A DNA stretch of 64,000 nucleotides, taken from the NCBI RefSeq assembly GCF_009914755.1, contig NC_060932.1; one strand, given 5' to 3'. This document shows positions 48,271-64,000 of this stretch, piece after piece (position 1 is the first letter of the stretch; every line of letters begins with the position of its first letter). This DNA comes from the human T2T-CHM13v2.0 reference genome, Homo sapiens. Under the pieces are notes generated by a model. That model did no database searches. It was not told the origin of the DNA and worked only from the letters and a program-made list of their open reading frames with translations. The position numbers and the translations under genes were made by a program.

Positions 48271-48862
48271 TGAATTCATTGTTTGGAATATTTTGCAGAT
48301 GATATGCTATTCCCTAACTTTATGCATCTTCACTCACAGGATTGTTTTTTTCTCACCAATGCTTATTTATATAAAAGCCATATCAACAAAATTTTACACA
48401 TCAAAAATTTTCAGACTTCTGGTTGCTCCAAAGAAGGAATGACCCCATTCTTCTCAGGTCCTCTTCCTCATGACTAAAAAACTCTGAACAAAGCACAGAA
48501 AGTTGCGGAAGGCTCTGAAAGGTGAAAGGAGGTGGACTGCCTAGGGACCTCAGGACTTGGAAAACAACTCAGTGGGGAATTCCGTGGATTTCCTTATCAC
48601 CTCCCTTATATCCTGGACACGGAGCTGCAGAAGACTCCAACCTACAGTCACCAATGCGCATAGAAGAAAAAAGCTCCAAGAAAAGCCTTTTCCTCCTGGC
48701 CAGATGACTGGACAAGGGTGGCCTGACAACAGAAAACCCACAACAAGGAATTACAGGTAACTCCAGAGAGGATCAGCTTGAGTGGTTAAAACAAGTACAT
48801 GGAAAACAAAAAGAAGCATTTTTCTTTTTTTGTAAAAGAGCTTGTACTGTAATAACTTTGAT

Positions 48863-49176
48863 TTTGTTTTTTGTTTTTTGTTTTTTGTTTTTTTTTGAGA
48901 CTGAGTCTCACTCTATTGCCCAGGCTAGAGTGCTGTGGCGCAATCTTGGCTTACTGCAACTTTTGCCTCCTGGGTTCAAGTGATTCTCATGTCTCAGCTT
49001 CCTGAGTAGTTGGGATTACAGGCATGCACCACCACACCAACTAATTTTTGTATTTTTAGTAGAGATGGGGTTTGACCATGTTGGCCAGACTGGTCTTGAA
49101 CTCCTGACCTCAAATGATCTGCCCACCTTGGCCTCCCAAAGTGCTGAGATTACAAGCCTGAGCCACCGCACCTGGC
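48863..49176 (-). mobile_element. Alu
   Basis: Antisense dimer. Confidence 0.93.
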
Positions 49177-49336
49177 CAACTTGGACTTATTTTTATAATA
49201 AGTAGATATTGTTCACTGTAGATATTGAATCAATTTTTATTTAATCTTGATTTTTTTTCTTGAGCTGCATTAGAAATTCATTACAATATTTCAATTTATA
49301 AATCTTATTAAAAATTACTACTACCTAGATCTCATT

Positions 49337-49640
49337 GTTTTCTTTTTTCTTTTTTGAGACATGGTCTTGCTCTGTCAAGCAGGAGTGCAGTGGGACAATC
49401 ATAACTCACTGTAGCCTCCAACTCCTGGGCTCAAACGATCCTGCTACCTCAGCCTCCTGAGTAGGTGGGACTATAGGTGCACGCCACCCATGTGTGGCTA
49501 ATTTTCTTTATTTTTTTTTGTAGAGACAAGGTCTCACTGTGTTGCCCAGGCTGGTCTTGAATTCCTGGCTTCAATCAATCCTCCCGCCTCAGCCTCCCAA
49601 GGTGTTGGGATTTCAGACGTGAGCCACTGCACACCTGGCC
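49337..49640 (-). mobile_element. Alu (AluJ-like)
   Basis: Antisense dimer. Confidence 0.92.
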
Positions 49641-50353
49641 CCATTTTTTTTCCTTGAATAAAGTGTACTGGTAAATTTTAGGCTCATGAGGGTATATATG
49701 CATTATTTTCTTCAAATCAAGCCTGAATCAAAGAAACTTCTGCTTTAGTTTTAGTGATATTTGTCCCAAATGTTTAAAGACTGTATCATTCTGATGAATT
49801 GGATATTCCCATTGAGAGATATTCAGTAGGCCTTGATTGAAATGTTCTTCATTTTCTTTTTAAATTCTATTTACAGTAGTCTGCATGTGTTAGAACTTTC
49901 AGAAAGGGAGAGATTTCTGTCTGGGCTGTCCCCACCAGCCAGAAGGGTCTGAGAGGCACTGACTTGCCCTGGGGTGATATTTCTGCAGGACTTTGCTCCT
50001 CTGTAGGAAGACAGCCTAGAACAGAGGTGAAGGATGCCTCGGGCCTGCCTAGACCAACAGCCATTCCCTGGTGATGCTGTAGTGTGAAGACCCTTGTCTT
50101 TCCCAGCACCTGTGATAGCTTTCAAATTATTCTTTTCAGACAAACTTTATGCCTGTTTCTTTATCTCTATTTTGCATCCTAACAGAAAAAGCCAATCACC
50201 TAGAAGGGAAAGTCAGACTGGTCCCTGCTGCTTTCCCCACATCTCCACTGCCCCCAATATTGAATGCCGTGACAATGGAATGAAATTCCAATGTCCATGA
50301 AATTCTGAGGGGAGACATTTTGACTCAAGATTATATACTCAGTGAAGATGTCC

Positions 50354-50676
50354 TTTATTTATTTATTAAATTAATTTTTTTTGAGATGGAGTCTCTCTCT
50401 GTCTCCCAGTTTGGAGTGCAGTGGTGCGATCTCGGCTCACTGCAACCTCTGCCTCCTGGGTTAAAGTGATTCTCCTGCTGCAGCCTCCTGAATAGCTGGG
50501 ACTATAGGTACTCACCACCACACCTAGCTAATTTTTTTTTTTTTTTTTTTTTTTTTGGTAAAGATGGGGTTTCACCATGTTGGCCCGTCTGGTCTTGAAC
50601 TCCAGACCTCAGGTGATCTGCCCGCTTTGGCCTCCCAAAGTGCTGGGATTACAGGCGTGAGCCACCTTGTCTGGCC
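50354..50676 (-). mobile_element. Alu (AluS-like)
   Basis: TSD AAGA(T/C)GTCCTTTA. Confidence 0.93.
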
Positions 50677-51999
50677 AAAGACGTCCTTTAACTAAAGACT
50701 TCTGGTGTATGTTACCTTAAAAATATAAATATAAAAGCATGAAGAAAATACAACCTCCATGAAATTTTTTTGCCAATGAATCTAGAAAAATAAGAATTGA
50801 TTCAAAATAATGAATAGGGAAGCTGTAATAAAATGACTTGAGGGTTCATTGAGTCCATTTAAATATATATCTCTTACTAAAATCACTAAGGGTCATAATT
50901 AGACAATGAAGTAAGTGCCATAAATCTAAACAATGTAAATAACAATATATCTAAAAAAAAAAAACTAAGGAGTTTGGAGAGAGGATACGGGAGGATGTGT
51001 TCTTTCATAGTAGGGAATTAGTTAATATTCTTTAAAATGGAAACATGTAAGAAAAAAGACCCTAATGACTGAAAACTAAGTTTTCCTCAATCTTTTTTTC
51101 ATATCCTTTGAAGGCTATTTTAAGAAATAATATCTAAAGAACATCGATTTGATGTTCACAATTCCAGTTGATTTTCCTTCTGTGAAATTCAAATGAAATT
51201 AAATAAATATGTTTTGTTAAAAATGGTGTCATCCCATTTAAGTAAATGTCCTTTCTTTTACCTATTTATCCATCTATAATCTGTATCTATTCATCCATCA
51301 ATGGATACATGTGCACAGATAAATGGCCCCTTTGGTGAAGGGCTGAGAGGGTATTGTTTTCTAACCCCAACCTGTGACGGCTTCCATGAGGCCAATGGAA
51401 TCATTTTGAAATGTGTTTACCACAGCAGGGAGACACAGAAGACTGGGGTCTCACACCTGTGTGGGAACTCCAGAGGGTGAGAAAAGGGCCAATGAACTGC
51501 TCCGGTGACACAGCAGGGAGGGTGGCTGCCGTGCTGGGTGCGGCCTGCCTTCCTAGAGAATGTCAGGGAAAGGGATGTGGGGTCATTTCCTGTGGACACA
51601 TTTAAGCCAAGTAGGGGAGAGGTCTGGTATGGGGTCCTCTTGGGGCCTGTTGGACAGGGTTGACCAGCAGAGAGAGGATGCCCAAGGATTGAAGGAGGAG
51701 TGGGTAAGAGGTTCTCTAGGTCATGGGAACTTCTGAATTTCCCACGGAAAGCACCACCATAATCTGTGTGCAATGAACAGCCAGACCCACGTGGGAATTC
51801 TAGGCCAGCAAGAATCCCTTACTTGCTCACTGGCTGCCACGTGGCTCTGACCATGGAGAGGTCTGGAACTGTAGCTTCCCAGTGGGGGAGAAGTAGGCTG
51901 GGAGAGAGAAGGGGACAGAGGAACCACACCCTCCTTCCCCACCTCCAAACAGAAGCCAGTAAAAATTGAGGGATGGAGAAAAATATAAGGCTAAATTAA

Positions 52000-52533
<534 letters not shown>

Positions 52534-52976
52534 TAGATATTTTAATTTTTTTGCATGGAGGCTATTTTTACTACTAAAAGTGAATGAAGTATATTTTGTA
52601 TCTTCCAGGAGTTTGGAAAGTCAAGTCTATTTGCACCCAGCCACGTGCCTGCCATGGTGCCCGCGGCCTCTCAATTTTTGACCTTTGTTTATGCTGCTCT
52701 GTCTACCCAGAATGCTCTCCATCGAGGGAAACCTACTCTCTCTTCAAGGCCAAATTCCAGCATCACCTCCGCCATGAAGCCTTCATAGATCTACTCAAGT
52801 AGAAACTTCTTAACCCCTCTAAACTGTCTTAGCATCTTGGTTGTAGTATTGGTTTAGAATAGCACAAATTCTACCCAAAATCTCACTAAGTCTATTCTAA
52901 GCAAATCTTGGATAATTTGCTAACACTAAAATTAAACCTGTTCTCTTTTGGTTTTTTGCTAACAATGAAACAAACT

Positions 52977-53482
<506 letters not shown>

Positions 53483-53916
53483 TGATTATCCCTGCGTTTT
53501 CTGCAGAGCTTGCCTTCCTGGTGATACAGTACTTTATTTTATTCTGAGGGCCCCTTCCTGCCAGGGGATATCTGTCAGGGGATACATAAAACTGCACAAA
53601 ATGGAACAAGTTATAGGTCATATAAAATTTCAGGACATTGTTGAGAAGGAGAAGTTGCTAAATTGGAGACACCATGATGTGAAATCCCAGGGTCCCAGAA
53701 TATTGATGGAACTAGTATGTTTTTCTTATGTAATATTTTATGGTGTCTGGGAAATGGAGTTGCCTAAGTGAACTCATTTTTTATGTCTAGGGGAATAGCA
53801 ACATAACTATCATCTAACACTAAATAAAGAGGAGCAAAATGTGCTACATTTAGAAAGTGATGGTATTATCCCCAGCTGAGGCAGACTTAGTGATGGTGTT
53901 AGAAATAAAGTATGGT

Positions 53917-54217
<301 letters not shown>

Positions 54218-54389
54218 TTATGAATTGTTGATATTTTCCCCCTTCAGTGAAAACTTAGAGCACATTCTTAGCTAAATGCTTTAACCTTACAAATTTCTTT
54301 AGTGAAATTTCCAGTTTATGTATGTAAATAACACTTCAATGGCTTAATAAGAAAAATCAAAGTTCCCCTGCAAAAAGGAAAGAGGGTCT

Positions 54390-54757
54390 TGACTTGGTTT
54401 GGCTCTCTGTCCCCACCCAAATCTCACTGCAAATTGTAATCCCCATAATCCCCACATGTGGAGGGAGGGTCCTCGTGGGAGGTAACTGGGTCATAGGGGC
54501 GGTTTCCCCCATGCTGTTCTCGTGATAGTGAGTGAGTTCTCACGAGATCTGACGGTTTTATAAGGGGCTCTTTCCCCGTCACTCTTTCTCTTGTTGCCTT
54601 GTGAGGAAGGTATGTGTTTCTCCTTCGCCTTCTGCCATGCGTGTAAGTTTCCTGAGGCCTCCCCAACCATGTGGAACTGTGAGTAAATTAAAACTTTTTC
54701 CTTTATAAATTATCCAGTCTTGCTATCTTTATAGCCAGGTGAAAATGAACAAATAGA
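54390..54757 (+). mobile_element. THE1/MSTA-like MaLR solo LTR
   Basis: TGACTTGGTTTGGCTCTCTGTCCCCACCCAAATCTCA...TTTCCTGAGGCCTCCCCAACCATGTGGAACTGTGAG. Confidence 0.88.
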
Positions 54758-55656
54758 CTTTTAACAGCAAAATAAAGGAAAATGAAAAACCTTCTCTCCA
54801 GAGGTGACCACAATTAACAACTTGGAATAAATAAGTAATATTTAATTGGTTGCCAAATCTTTGACACATCTGAGTTACTTTTAATCATTGTAGGAATTCA
54901 TATATTCTAAGCTTTTATAAGCTGAACTCCAAACAATAAAACTAAGAGGAAGAAATTATCGTGTTGCATAAAACGAGTTATAAATTGTTCTTGTACACTT
55001 TATAACATCCTTCTAGTGTGTGAATTTCGGGTTTTCTGAGTTTTAGCTAAATCTGTGTAAGAATGACATATTACAAATTAATAATGGGATTAACTGTCTC
55101 GTAAGTGCAAAAAGCAAATTTCTAAAACCTGCCTTAGCCTATAAAGGCTTCAGCTGTCTACCTCAGCAGGAGGCCAAGAGAACCTGAATGTTTTGCTAAA
55201 AGACCTGTGAGACTGGAAAAATTCCAAGTTCAAAATCATGTGCTTTTGGAAGAAACATATGCTTAACATTCTGCAAGGATCTTTCAGAAAATAGAAGGAT
55301 TTTCTATCAGGATACTTAGAAAGTGAGATGTATATGTCAGGCTCTGCAACATTTAAAAATAGCCTGTTTTCTCCAACAAATGGTATACAGTTTTTTTTAT
55401 AGATAATGTTTTGAGAAAATGAAAATACTCCTATATGAATGAACTTTCAAAGCTATTTTCTGAGCTGTTAAGCATTTTCTGTGTGTGTGTTTAACACTTT
55501 GTTATAAAGAGCAAATCACTTGAAAAGAAGATTCTTTTTCATAGTCTTACTTGCAATGTGAGTTGAAAAATACTTTCAGCTTTCACTACTCAGTTGTTAT
55601 GGGGTATCACTCTTTCTGGCTTGTCTCCCGGCCGTTTTCTTATTCTTTTACTTTAC

Positions 55657-55987
55657 TTTTCTTTCTTTCTTTCTTCTTCTTCTTTTTTTTTTTTTTTTTT
55701 TTGACACGAAGTCTTCTTCTGTTGCCCAGGCTGGAGTGCAGTGGTGCGCTCTTGGCTCACTGCAACCTCTGCCTCCAAGGTTCAAGCGATTCTCATGCCT
55801 CATCTTCCTGAGTAGCTGGGATTACAGGCGTGCACCACAATGCCTAGCTAATTTTTTTTGTGTTTTTAGTAGAGACGGGGTTTCACCATGTTGGTCAGGC
55901 TGGTCTAGAACTCCTGACCTCAGATGATCTGCCTGCCTCGGCCTCTCAAAATGCCAGGATTACAGACGCGAACAACTGCGCCTGGCC
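55657..55987 (-). mobile_element. Alu (AluS-like)
   Basis: Antisense dimer. Confidence 0.93.
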
Positions 55988-56959
55988 CATTTTCTTTATT
56001 TTATGTGGAGAGGGTTTCTTATCAGCATGTGATTTATATCTTTGTGCAGATTAGCTGCTAAAAGGGACAGGAAGAAAGTATTATAAAGCTTTGCTGTGTT
56101 CTCTAGTGGGAGGGTACTGGTGGGTAGAAACATGCTTTGTTTCCCAAATACACAACCAGCCTTGGTAGATGGGGACAGAGGCATATGGTCTCTACTGGAA
56201 GTTACTTGCAGAGCCTACTTACTGTTAGACTTACGAGGACGAAAGAATCTTGAAATGTCTTCTAATCTGCCCCCGTGTTCAGGTAGAACATTGCATAAGC
56301 ATTGTCTTTTAATGTCTTATTTTCCTTCTGTTCTTCTTTTCCTTTTCTCCTCTCAGTCCCCCCACTCCATCCTTCCTTCTGCCATTTCCTTGTCCCTCCT
56401 TCTTCCTCTCAGGGAAATTATTCATCCTCTTTTCAGATTGCCCCTGAGTTGGCCAGAGTTCAAGGGAGAGGACCCTGGCTCAGGGATCACAAGATTTAAA
56501 CCCAGAGCAGGTGGAAAAGTGGCTCTTTAATGAGATCACAGATAAGATACACAAATTACAAAAAATTATTGATTGGCTCATGCTCTGGTCTAATTCCAGT
56601 TTAGGAACCAAGTCTCATGCACTTGTACTGGTTGTAAGGAAATCACCATGTTTATGGTGTGAATGAGGATTAAACTGGGACCCAAGGCATCTTTGGAAGA
56701 GGCTGGGGCAAGAAGCCAACTGGCCGCTCCACCACCCCTGACATTTTGGAGTTCATACTTCTCTTGGTTCACTTTCCCCAGAGGTTACCACATCAGCACT
56801 CAGAGATTGTCTCTGTCTTAGTGCTGCCAAATACACTGCCAGGAACTGGTGCTTTCTTTTTTATTAGTTGTAGTTTCTGAGGAGTAATTATAGCTTTTCC
56901 TTTCTGAGAATGATGTTTTCAGGACATAAACATACTCCACACCTGTTTTCTGTAACGTT

Positions 56960-57762
56960 GTCAGAAGATAGCCCTCAGCTGGCAGCTCCCTCTGGAAACT
57001 GCCCATGGCTGTTCTTGGTGGTGGCAGCTTGCATTAGTGACTAACTTAGGAGGAATCTAAGGCCAGGTGCTCCTGCTGCCACGCAGGACAATTCTGAAGG
57101 TCCATTTTGGCTTTATTGTGCCTCCATGTGAGGCAGGACAATAGGGTCTGGAGGCAGGGAAACCAAGGCCAATTCATGCCAACTTCCTAGAAATAAAAGG
57201 AAAGCCCCGACTTTCCACACCTAAGTAACAAAAGGACCAGAGGCTACTTACTTTGCAACGTCGCTACCCCCGTCCCCCATCCCCCCCTTGCTTTCTACAA
57301 CCAATCAGACACTTGTTTAGGGTGTAACCTTTGTAACTTCAGCCTCTGATTGCAGACCACTACTTCATTTACTTAGGGTGTACACCAAGTAACCAATGAG
57401 AAACCTTTAGAGGGTGTTTAAACCCCAGAAAATTCTGTAAGGAGAACTCTTGAGCCGGCTCCCCCTCAGTGGAGTGTACTTTCATTTTCAGTACAGCTCT
57501 GCTTTTGTTGCTTCATTCTTTCCTTGCTTTGTGCGTTTTGTCCAATTCTTTGTTCAAAATGCCAAGAACCTGGACACCCTCCACTGGTAATACATGGAGT
57601 GGGCTGAAGCCTTTGTTGAGGCTGTATCACTGCTCAGCTTCTCTTTCTCAGTCCTGGTCCCTTCTCCTTCCTTTCACAGGGCTTAATCCCACGAGCATTC
57701 TCTAATAAACGTGCTGCGTGTGAATCCCTGTTTCAGAGTCTCTCCAGGGAACCTAACCCGTA
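56960..57762 (+). mobile_element. LTR16-like ERVL LTR hosting the second MER51
   Basis: GGACAATTCTGAAGG...GCTGAAGCCTTTGTTGAG...CTAATAAAC...TCAGAGTCT...CAGGGAACCTAACC on both sides of the MER51. Confidence 0.6.
57129..57592 (+). mobile_element. MER51-family ERV1 solo LTR
   Basis: TGAGGCAGGACAATAGGGTCTGGAGGC...GGACACCCTCCACTGGTAATA; 4-bp TSD CATG. Confidence 0.9.
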
Positions 57763-58186
57763 AAAATTATCTTTTCTTAATCTTGCCAGGGAAGACAATC
57801 ATGCACAAAAGTAAAAACCCTCCAAACAGAAAAAGTCTCATAAATTACTGGCATTACAATACATTACACAGGCTGGTGCTTTAGCATGCCAAGGTCAAGT
57901 TCTCATTCTCTTTGGCTGGGCTACAAGAATGGGTGGGTAGAACCCCAAACAACTGGGTAGAAGAACAGAGATTCAGACTTTCTCATAGAAAAGAAATTTC
58001 CAGAACTGACTCAATACCAAGCTACATCGGAGGCACCTTCATGCAGGGGCTAAGGGGATAGACTCTGTGGACAGAATACCTTAGTTTGCATTCTGGCTCT
58101 GCTAGTCACTGTGTCTCCATGCCATACTCCTCTCATTTGTAAAATGAGAACAGTAGTGGTACTTTATAGGGTTATGAGAGACTGAA

Positions 58187-59080
58187 TGTACAAATAGACA
58201 ATGGCCAGACCATATGCAGAAATAGTACCCTTACGGTCTGCAGCAACTAGCCCAAAAACCAACCCATTAAGCCCATGAAGCTAGCCTGCCTACAAGTCAG
58301 CTTTGTATGAAATCAGACCACAATCTCTAACAAACAGTCCAGGAAGTCAAACAATAACTGCTGTAACAACTGGCCCCAAGTGGCCAGGACTTGATAAATG
58401 ACTGACAGCTTCCCCAGTTTTTGTTCCTGATTCCAATATGCAACCAACCAGGGAAAGTTAAATATGCTCCCTATAGGATGCTCTGCTCCTAGTCAGCCCA
58501 CCCACAGCTTCCCCATACCAACGTCCTTCAATCAGAACATACCAGAAGCTGTCCCTTCTTTCTACTATGAAGCTTTCCCATTTTTCTGCCTGCCTTTGAG
58601 TCTCTGCCAAAACACGTGATAGTTGTTGACTCCCTTGCTATAGCAAGCTTTGAATAAATAGATGTCTTTGTCCATTTTCTGCTGTTAGAATAGCACAGAC
58701 TGTGTAATTTATAAAGAAGAGAAGTTTATTTGGCTCACAGTCCTGGAGGCTGGGAAGCCCAGGTTTGAGGGGCCGCATCTTGGAGAGACCTTTCTGTTGC
58801 ATTATAACATAGTGGAGAGCATCACATGGCAAAGGAGGACAAAAGAGGGTGAGACAGAAAAAGGGGGCCAAACTCCTGCGATAACTAACCCACTCCCACC
58901 ATAACGGTGTTAATCCATTCAGGAGGGCAGAGCCCTCATGACTTAACAGCCTCTTAAAGGTGTCACCTCATAACACTGTTACAATGGCAATACAATTTCA
59001 ACGTGAGTTTTGGAGGGGACATTCAAATCACAGGAATTACATTTGCTTTCTCATTTGGGTGGTCTTGTTTATTTCCACAG
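58187..59080 (+). mobile_element. MER34/MER39-like ERV1 LTR interrupted by an antisense MST LTR (~58663-59032)
   Basis: ATGGCCAGACCATAT...AAACAGTCCAGGAAGTCAAACAATAAC...TGGCCAGGACTTGAT; MST motifs TTTATTTGGCTCACAGT and GAGGGCAGAGCCCTCATGAC. Confidence 0.7.
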
Positions 59081-59266
59081 TTAATGAGTGAATGGGTTAA
59101 CATTTGTAAACCACTTGGAAACAGTGCCTGGCACATAATGCTATATAATACTTTAAAGTAAAATAAGTAGCAGATCATGGTTTAGAGGTGATACCCAGAC
59201 TTAATAATTTCCTCACATGTTTTGTTTAATACTGTATTTTTTATTATATGAATCCACTTTAATTAA

Positions 59267-59566
<300 letters not shown>

Positions 59567-61131
59567 TAATCCACTTTTATTTCTGAGGACTCCTGATTTT
59601 CAGAAGTTCTTAAGTGGAGAAATTGACCTACGTAGTCGGTAGAGGGTTCTATAGCAGACACCAGGCCTGACAGGTGTCCCTTCCTTTGCTCCAGATGGCT
59701 TCCAGGAGGGCTTTTTCAACACCCCATCTCTGTAGGTTCTGGTGTTAATTTCTCAAGTGTCCTATTGATGCCTTTGATTCTATCTGTCTTCTGGGCCCAA
59801 GACCCTTGGTTCTGGAAGGCTCTCTTCCCATGTTGTACTATTTTGTGGATCCCATAATCTACTTTTATCCATCATGATGCCATGTTCACATGTCAATTAC
59901 ACTATCCTTTTCAGCCTTGTCTGATGGGAAAATTCCTCCAGGAAATTCTACATACACCAATAAAATTCTATATATGCCCATTTATATCTCTGATCTATTA
60001 GCCTACCAGAATTATCCTATAAAATACCTAGATATGTAGAGAAATTTGCAACTCTGGTTTCTACTTCCAGATTATAGCAGGCAGAAACTTTGGCTCTTGG
60101 CCCATTGAGTTACTCTTGATCTGTTTCAGTGTTCCAGACTGGGACTTAGGGGCAAAATGAGGCCTTGTCCTTGGCCTCGAAAAAGGTCAAAATTTTACTT
60201 CAGAAAACTGGCATGTCTAGGTTTCAGATTGTCCTGGGTCTTCTGGTGTCCTGAGCACATTGAGGCTTATTCTTTTGCTTTTGGTTGTCTGTACCAGCCG
60301 CTTATACAGGGCCAGTTCTGACCTGGAGGGTGATGGCATGGAATTTAAGACTGGTGACTTGGGGGTTTATGGGAATATGTATGAATTCCAGTTTAGTTCC
60401 AATTAGTGGCTCTGAATTTTCTTTCCCTTGATATGGTCAGATTATGCTGTGATATTGGCAGAAATGAGTTCCTGACTTTTTCCCCTATGGTCTAGATAGC
60501 AGAAAATCCAGCTCAGCTAGACATATAAGCTTGTGCACAGACACTGCTGAAAATGGTGGCTGATGTGGGCGCTCTAGGAGACTGGCCCTGTTTTCACATT
60601 ATCGTGGATCCTATGGAAAGTGGACACTGGTAAAAGTGTTTCTGGAGGGGTTTAAGATGGGCCACTGATGCTCTAATTTCCCTGGGTCCTGGAGCCCTTG
60701 GTTCTGATAACTGATATCCCGGATCTTCAAGGAGTGTAGACTTTAGGACCACACTAGAGGTCAGGGTCCTGGCCTGGCCTTCAGATTATCCCTGGTGGTC
60801 CTGAGCTGTACTTGAGCTTATTTCCTCAAGCTACCCATCAGAAAACAGGAGCCTTGTTGGGATGAGCCTAGTTCATTGCTAATGAGCTTGACTTAATTTT
60901 GCCCCTAGAAGCTCGAGGATTTGTTTGGATTTGGCATCTCTATTCATTTTTTTTTTTTTAAGCAAGCATGTCTAGTGGACTTAGTTTCATGCTGGTTGGA
61001 GGGAAAATTAATCTCTGACCTGAGCAGCCTAATGGCAGGCCAGCTGGCATCAAGCTTGGACTCTGAAAGGGAGGCATTAGGGTTTGGGCTTTGCTCTCTG
61101 TAGACAACCAGGTGGCCCCTTGGGAAAGTGA

Positions 61132-61508
<377 letters not shown>

Positions 61509-62239
61509 AGTATGTGAGTTCTTAATAGTCAAAGCAAAAGAGCATGTAGGTAACAAGTTTGTAATGGAAGAAGGACTAGAAGGAGGTGATCAGACATGGT
61601 TTAGAACAGTGATAGTGTGGCTTGAAAGCTGTGGCATGCAGCTGGTAGCCCAATGTTGCCAAGAACCACCATCCATTTGGAAGCAAACCCTTCCTTAGAG
61701 TGGCCTGTTGGAGTCTCCACCCATGTAGAATCAGCTTGCAGAGCTGGTTCCTCAAAAGAAAAGCTTTGCAATGAATTAGAAGGACCATTTTAAGAGAAAA
61801 GGTGCTCTGCTAGTGACAGCTGACAGCAAATTTGGAGACCGAAGGACTATTTCTTTAACAGGTGACTCTGAGTCATGAAGAAAAATATTATATTTTACAA
61901 ATTCTAAGAATACATCTATAGGATGCATTTACAAAGACCAGATTATTACAAACAATTCAAGTAATAACAAGTTCAATAACCTAGAGAATTCACTGACATG
62001 GAGCACCATTTCTCAGTGTCAAGATCTGTTGCAAGGACCATAGTTCCATCGAACTAGGTTGAAAGAGAAATCACTGGAAGGATACTGGGCTCTCTCAGGA
62101 AATGAGAAAGTAGGTATGGGCCTCATAGATGCTAAAACCAATAACTTAGAGGGTCAGGAAGGAGAATTCTCTCTTCTTCTCTGAAGCCAGGTAGTCTATT
62201 TTCTTTGCTTTTCTTAATCTCCCTGATTCATGATTGGCA

Positions 62240-62876
<637 letters not shown>

Positions 62877-63297
62877 CTAGATCAGCATTTTCTATTTTAG
62901 CATGCACATGGCTGTCCCATCCAAGCTGCATGTAGCCTTCTAGATACTCAATAAGAACTCAGTACAGGCTGTCTGGTCCTCCTGTCTTTTGGATCCAGTT
63001 CTCTCATGACATCATTTGCTTGGCTCATAGTATTGGTATTGGCATGTATTGGTTCTTCTTAGGTCATGTCCCCAGCTCTTGTCCAATCAGCTGTGGTCAT
63101 GGGGGCAAAATGACTGTAAGAGGAGTTTTATTCTGTCATTCATTCAATAAATATTGAACATCAAAAAATTTTGTTTTGGCCAGGTATTCTAAGTAGCTGG
63201 AGTTCAATCTTGAGCAAAGCATACATACATGGGTCTTGTTGTCATGGCCTTATAGTATAGCAGGGAAGACAGATATTAATGAAATATTGTAAAAATT

Positions 63298-63595
<298 letters not shown>

Positions 63596-64000
63596 TGAAC
63601 ACACACGAATATGTAACAAGATGCTGTAGGGTGCTGAACGGGATCCTGTTTTCTCAATTTTATTACTAAGGCTCACAATAAGGAAAAACCACAGCAAGCA
63701 TTCTGTACTCTAAGTTGGAGGGACAATTAGTGCTCTGGACCAGCCACACCACTCAGGACTTCTTGGGAAGCACTCAGAGAACAGACCCAAATGCCTCCCA
63801 CAACACCTGACCCCCCTCCTCTGGATATGAGAAGAGGGCCTGGAGGGGGAAGAGGAATGCCGCCTTTTGGAGGACAGCAGTGTTTGAGATGTGAAGCTAT
63901 TCTTTTCCTTCTCAAGCTGGAGGGAAAGTGGGGATTTTTTCTTTCCAAAGCCAAGGCAGGGAAGCCCCCAAGAGAACCATTAGTGAAGGAGCTGCCTTGT

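Overview
This is human (primate) genomic DNA containing the 3' end of WRN (Werner syndrome RecQ helicase) on the + strand. Four GT-AG coding exons (1747-1878, 4492-4654, 14150-14358, 20119-20226) splice into one open frame encoding the C-terminal 203 aa, ending ...TKRGGLFS*. This haplotype carries Arg rather than Cys at codon 1367. A 3' UTR with proximal and distal poly(A) signals follows; its distal part is built from a Charlie1 hAT remnant, two Alus and a ~270 bp polypyrimidine tract. The remaining ~40 kb is repeat-dense intergenic DNA with many Alus, solo LTRs (two MER51, one LTR3/HML-6, THE1/MST/MLT1), MER1A, MER3 and L1/L2/MIR fragments. Almost all ORFs in the supplied track are Alu/L1/LTR translation artefacts. 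I found no convincing new multi-gene system. The best leads are a minus-strand reading frame that becomes continuous when the LTR3 is excised, an apparently locally templated insert in the first MER51 LTR, and a GC-box promoter candidate beside that LTR. Repeat family names come from recalled consensus sequences, not from a search, and repeat boundaries are approximate unless a TSD is given.
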